The notes under the pieces were generated by a model, which was not told the DNA's origin, did not search any database, and saw nothing but the letters and a program-made list of their open reading frames with translations. Below are positions 61,070-64,000 of a stretch of DNA of 64,000 bases, piece by piece. Source of the DNA: Ignavibacteriota bacterium (lineage in GTDB: Bacteria; Bacteroidota; Ignavibacteria; UBA10030); NCBI GenBank assembly GCA_963727825.1, contig CAVSHO010000007.1:64001-128000 (forward strand), written 5' to 3'. The position numbers and the translations under genes were made by a program. Within the stretch, counting starts at the first letter, position 1, and each line of letters starts with the position of its first letter.

Positions 61070-61483
61070 ATGAAAAAGCATCGTACTCATTTCAATAATC
61101 GGGGTTTCTCTCTCACAGAACTCATGGTCGTTCTCGTCATCATCGGTGTGCTGGTATTGCTGGCTTTGCCGAAATTGCTGCCGCTGGTTACGAAGGCAAA
61201 AACAACCGAAGCAAAGTTAATGCTGAAACAAGTAATCACATTGGAACAAAGTTATAAATTTGAGAATGATCGCTACTCAGCTTCTTTGTCTGATATCGGT
61301 TTTGAACAAACGAAATTAATCAGCGAAGGCGGGCAGGCTCGTTACAAGATCGAAATCGTCTCGGCAGATGAGAAGAGCTTTGTTGCCATTGCGACTTCGA
61401 CTGTCGATTTCAATAATAATGGCGTATTCAATGTATGGGAGGCAGATCAGACAGGTGCTATTAGAGAAAAAGTGCTGGACTAA
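61070..61483 (+). CDS. Type IV pilin (PilA/PilE-like)
   Basis: RG^FSLTELMVVLVIIGVL motif; SD GAGG. Confidence 0.9.
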   Translation: MKKHRTHFNNRGFSLTELMVVLVIIGVLVLLALPKLLPLVTKAKTTEAKLMLKQVITLEQSYKFENDRYSASLSDIGFEQTKLISEGGQARYKIEIVSADEKSFVAIATSTVDFNNNGVFNVWEADQTGAIREKVLD

Positions 61484-61501
61484 AAATGACCCATCCTAGT
61501 T

Positions 61502-61599
61502 GTCATTCCCGCGAAAGCGGAAATCCAGACTTGCGGTTTGTAGAATAGACTCCCGATAGAAACATTCGGGAGTGACAAAGTATTTTTTAAGATGGCTAC
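61502..61599. repeat. GTCATTCCCG-type REP doublet
   Basis: GTCATTCCCGCGAAAGCGGAAATCCAG / GACTCCCGATAGAAACATTCGGGAGTGAC, followed by TTTTTTAAGATGGCTAC. Confidence 0.7.
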
Positions 61600-61639
61600 T
61601 TGCAGCTAACAACTCAACAATCATCATTGATGTTTATCC

Positions 61640-62431
61640 ATGTTCGAATTAACTATCATCATATCATTGCTTGGCTTATCACTTGGAAGTTTCATCAATG
61701 TTTGTGCGTATCGTATACCACGTGGTATTTCAGTGTTCTTGCCACGATCTTTTTGTCCTACTTGTAATCATTCACTGATGTGGTACGAACTTATTCCTGT
61801 TGCTGGTTATGCGCTTGATCATGGCCGCTGCCGGTACTGTAAAGAACATATATCTGCCTCTTATCCGATCATCGAAATAATAAGCACTGGAATTATTGTT
61901 GCCTTGCTATTGAAATATAGCCTGACACTCGAGTTTGCCCTCTCATCGATCTTCTGCCTGCTGATGCTTCTTATCGCAATTATCGATTGGAAGCATCTCG
62001 TCATTCCAAATCAGATCGTAATCGTTGGATTTATCTTGGGTTTGGCGATAAAAGCACTTGTAAACAGTACTATACTTGTGAATGCAATAATTTCATCGAT
62101 AGGATCGTTAATTATGGTTGCGATCATCCTCCTTCTCTCAAATCGTTTCTTCAAGAAAAAAACAATGGGATGGGGAGATGTAAAATTAGCGGCCGTTATC
62201 GGACTTTTTCTTGGCTTTCAAAATTTTCTTATTGTCTTATGGCTTGCCGCAATTATAGGCACATTCTATGGGACTTTTATTGTCCTGAAAAATAATCATA
62301 AATCGCAAATCGACAATCGACAATTGAAAATTCCTTTCGGTTCCTTTCTTGCAATTACAGCTTGTGTTGTTCTTTATTTTCAAGATACAATTTCGGAGTT
62401 AATACAGTCATGGTTGACTTACGCACAATAG
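61640..62431 (+). CDS. pilD: Prepilin peptidase / N-methyltransferase
   Basis: GSFINVC.YRIP, RSFCPTC, GRCRYC, IID, MGWGDVKL and IPFGSFL motifs. Confidence 0.94.
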   Translation: MFELTIIISLLGLSLGSFINVCAYRIPRGISVFLPRSFCPTCNHSLMWYELIPVAGYALDHGRCRYCKEHISASYPIIEIISTGIIVALLLKYSLTLEFALSSIFCLLMLLIAIIDWKHLVIPNQIVIVGFILGLAIKALVNSTILVNAIISSIGSLIMVAIILLLSNRFFKKKTMGWGDVKLAAVIGLFLGFQNFLIVLWLAAIIGTFYGTFIVLKNNHKSQIDNRQLKIPFGSFLAITACVVLYFQDTISELIQSWLTYAQ

Positions 62432-63895
62432 AAGTTCCAACTGAAGTACTTAACCTCATTCCAAAACAAACTGCTATCGATTTATCAGTGCTTCCATTGC
62501 ACGTGGAAACAGACGGGGTTGTCATCGCTATGACGGAAGAGACAGTTTCCGCGGTACTAGCGGACTTGATGTTTCTTCTGGGCAAGAAGGTAAAGCCCGA
62601 GATTGTTCCTGAGGCTGAACTCACCGATGCCATTCGTCGCCTTTATGGAGTTTCGGAATTTGAAATGTCTCGATCCGCAGCAAGTGATTCGCACGTTATT
62701 TCTTTTCATGATGAAGAACGGATAGAAGAACTTTCGTCCGATGGATCTGTTGTCGATCTTGCAAATCGTATTATATCAGATGCTGTCAGGATGGGAGCAA
62801 GCGATATTCACGTTGAGTCGTACGAACGGAAGTTTCGTATTCGATACCGCATCGATGGAATTCTGCACGAAATTCTTCATCCATCAATGGATAAATCGAG
62901 GCCGCTTGTTTCCCGCTTAAAAATCATGGCTGACCTTGATATTGCTGAGAGGCGGCGCCCACAGGATGGACGTATTCGCGTGAAAGAGGGAGATCGCGTT
63001 ATCGACATTCGCGTGTCCACGCTTCCGACAGATTTTGGAGAAAAAGTTGTACTTCGCATTCTTGATAAATCACAGCTTCAACTCGACTTGGGAAAATTAG
63101 GATTCGAACAGCGAGATTTAGATATGTTTAAAAAAAATGTGCATCTGCCATATGGGATGGTTCTTGTGACCGGTCCTACAGGAAGCGGCAAAACCACTAC
63201 GCTTTATGCCGCACTTAATTATATCAATCGTCCAGAAACAAACATTACTACTATTGAAGATCCGATCGAGTAACAATCTTGCCGGTATCAATCAGACACA
63301 TGTGCGAGCAGACATTGGGCTAACATTTGCCACGGCGCTGCGTTCGATTCTTCGGCAGGATCCGAATGTCATTATGGTCGGCGAAATTCGCGATGGTGAT
63401 ACAGCGGAAATCGCAATACGCGCTGCACTTACAGGTCATCTTGTGTTTTCTACGCTGCACACGAATGACGCGCCTTCTGCTATTACACGTCTCATCGATA
63501 TGGGCGTTGAGCCGTTCCTTGTTGCATCGTCTGTGAAGATGATTCTTGCACAACGGTTGCTTAGAAAACTTTGTCCGAAGTGCCGGGAACTTGTTAAACC
63601 TACTCCAGAGCAATTATCGGAATTGGGATTGGAGAATAAAGAAAAACACGATTTTTATATTCCTAAAGGATGTCCATCTTGCAATCGCTTTGGATACAAA
63701 GGGCGGACAGCTGTGTATGAAGTATTGCCGATTATTAATGGATTGAACGAAATGATTGCGCGCAATGTCACGGCAAACGAACTACGCCAACAAGCACAAA
63801 CCGAGGGACTTTTAAGCTTACGCCAAGCTGCAGTGGAAAAAGCGGAACGCGGTGAAACATCATTGGAAGAAGTGATACGGGAAACCGCAGGTTAA
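62410..63895 (+). CDS. pilB: GspE/PilB assembly ATPase (+1 frameshift at about 63272)
   Basis: [35 protein letters not shown]; GAG TAAC AAT should read E-Y-N; then [15 protein letters not shown] and STLHTND. Confidence 0.92.
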
Positions 63896-63899
63896 AAAT

Positions 63900-63950
63900 G
63901 TAGGGATTTGATTTTTTACCCGCCTTCTTGTTGGGCGGGATCAAATCCCT
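63900..63950. repeat. GTAG-type REP with a nested hairpin
   Basis: GTAGGGATTTGAT-TTTTTA-[CCCGCC-TTCTTGTTG-GGCGGG]-ATCAAATCCCT. Confidence 0.55.
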
Positions 63951-64000
63951 CTTAGAGGCGGTTGCGAGGAATACTACCAATACATTTATCGTCGATTATC

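Noticed and set aside
60873-61073. 66 aa ORF before the pilin
   Set aside because: It runs through a REP-like inverted repeat and has no protein-like features.

Overview
This 64 kb bacterial window looks like Ignavibacteria/Chlorobi-lineage DNA, inferred from gene content and TTGnnn-17-TATATT promoters. Most of it is housekeeping or envelope genes: a polysaccharide cluster, accA, efp-accB-accC-gcvH, two-component genes, yitJ, a GH30 xylanase-like enzyme, gltX-folB-folK-dNK-asnS, an ABC exporter, nuoJKLM-antiporter-nuoN, nnr, tgt-yajC-ribBA-greA, tRNA-Gly and a type IV pilus/T2SS cluster. The standout is 29.8-31.1 kb. Two intact tRNA-Ser genes (TGA, GCT) are interleaved with partial duplicates of themselves and with two small SLX1/UPF0213-like GIY-YIG nuclease genes plus a remnant of a third. 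Each nuclease gene sits between direct repeats of tRNA sequence. Three of the non-functional tRNA copies are interrupted precisely at G^CT in a tRNA loop by a 54-59 bp double-hairpin element (TCCG...AGATC...CGGA) whose stems vary in sequence but stay paired. Related hairpin modules occur in-frame inside nuoL and nested inside other REP-type repeats. This suggests a GIY-YIG-associated, tRNA-targeting palindromic mobile system; the mechanism is inference only. The window also holds a RAYT transposase with its own REPs, an XRE-ImmA/PIN pair, an MNT-HEPN pair with a dead toxin, an EF-P with Asn at the loop tip, and five +1 frameshifts that look like assembly errors.
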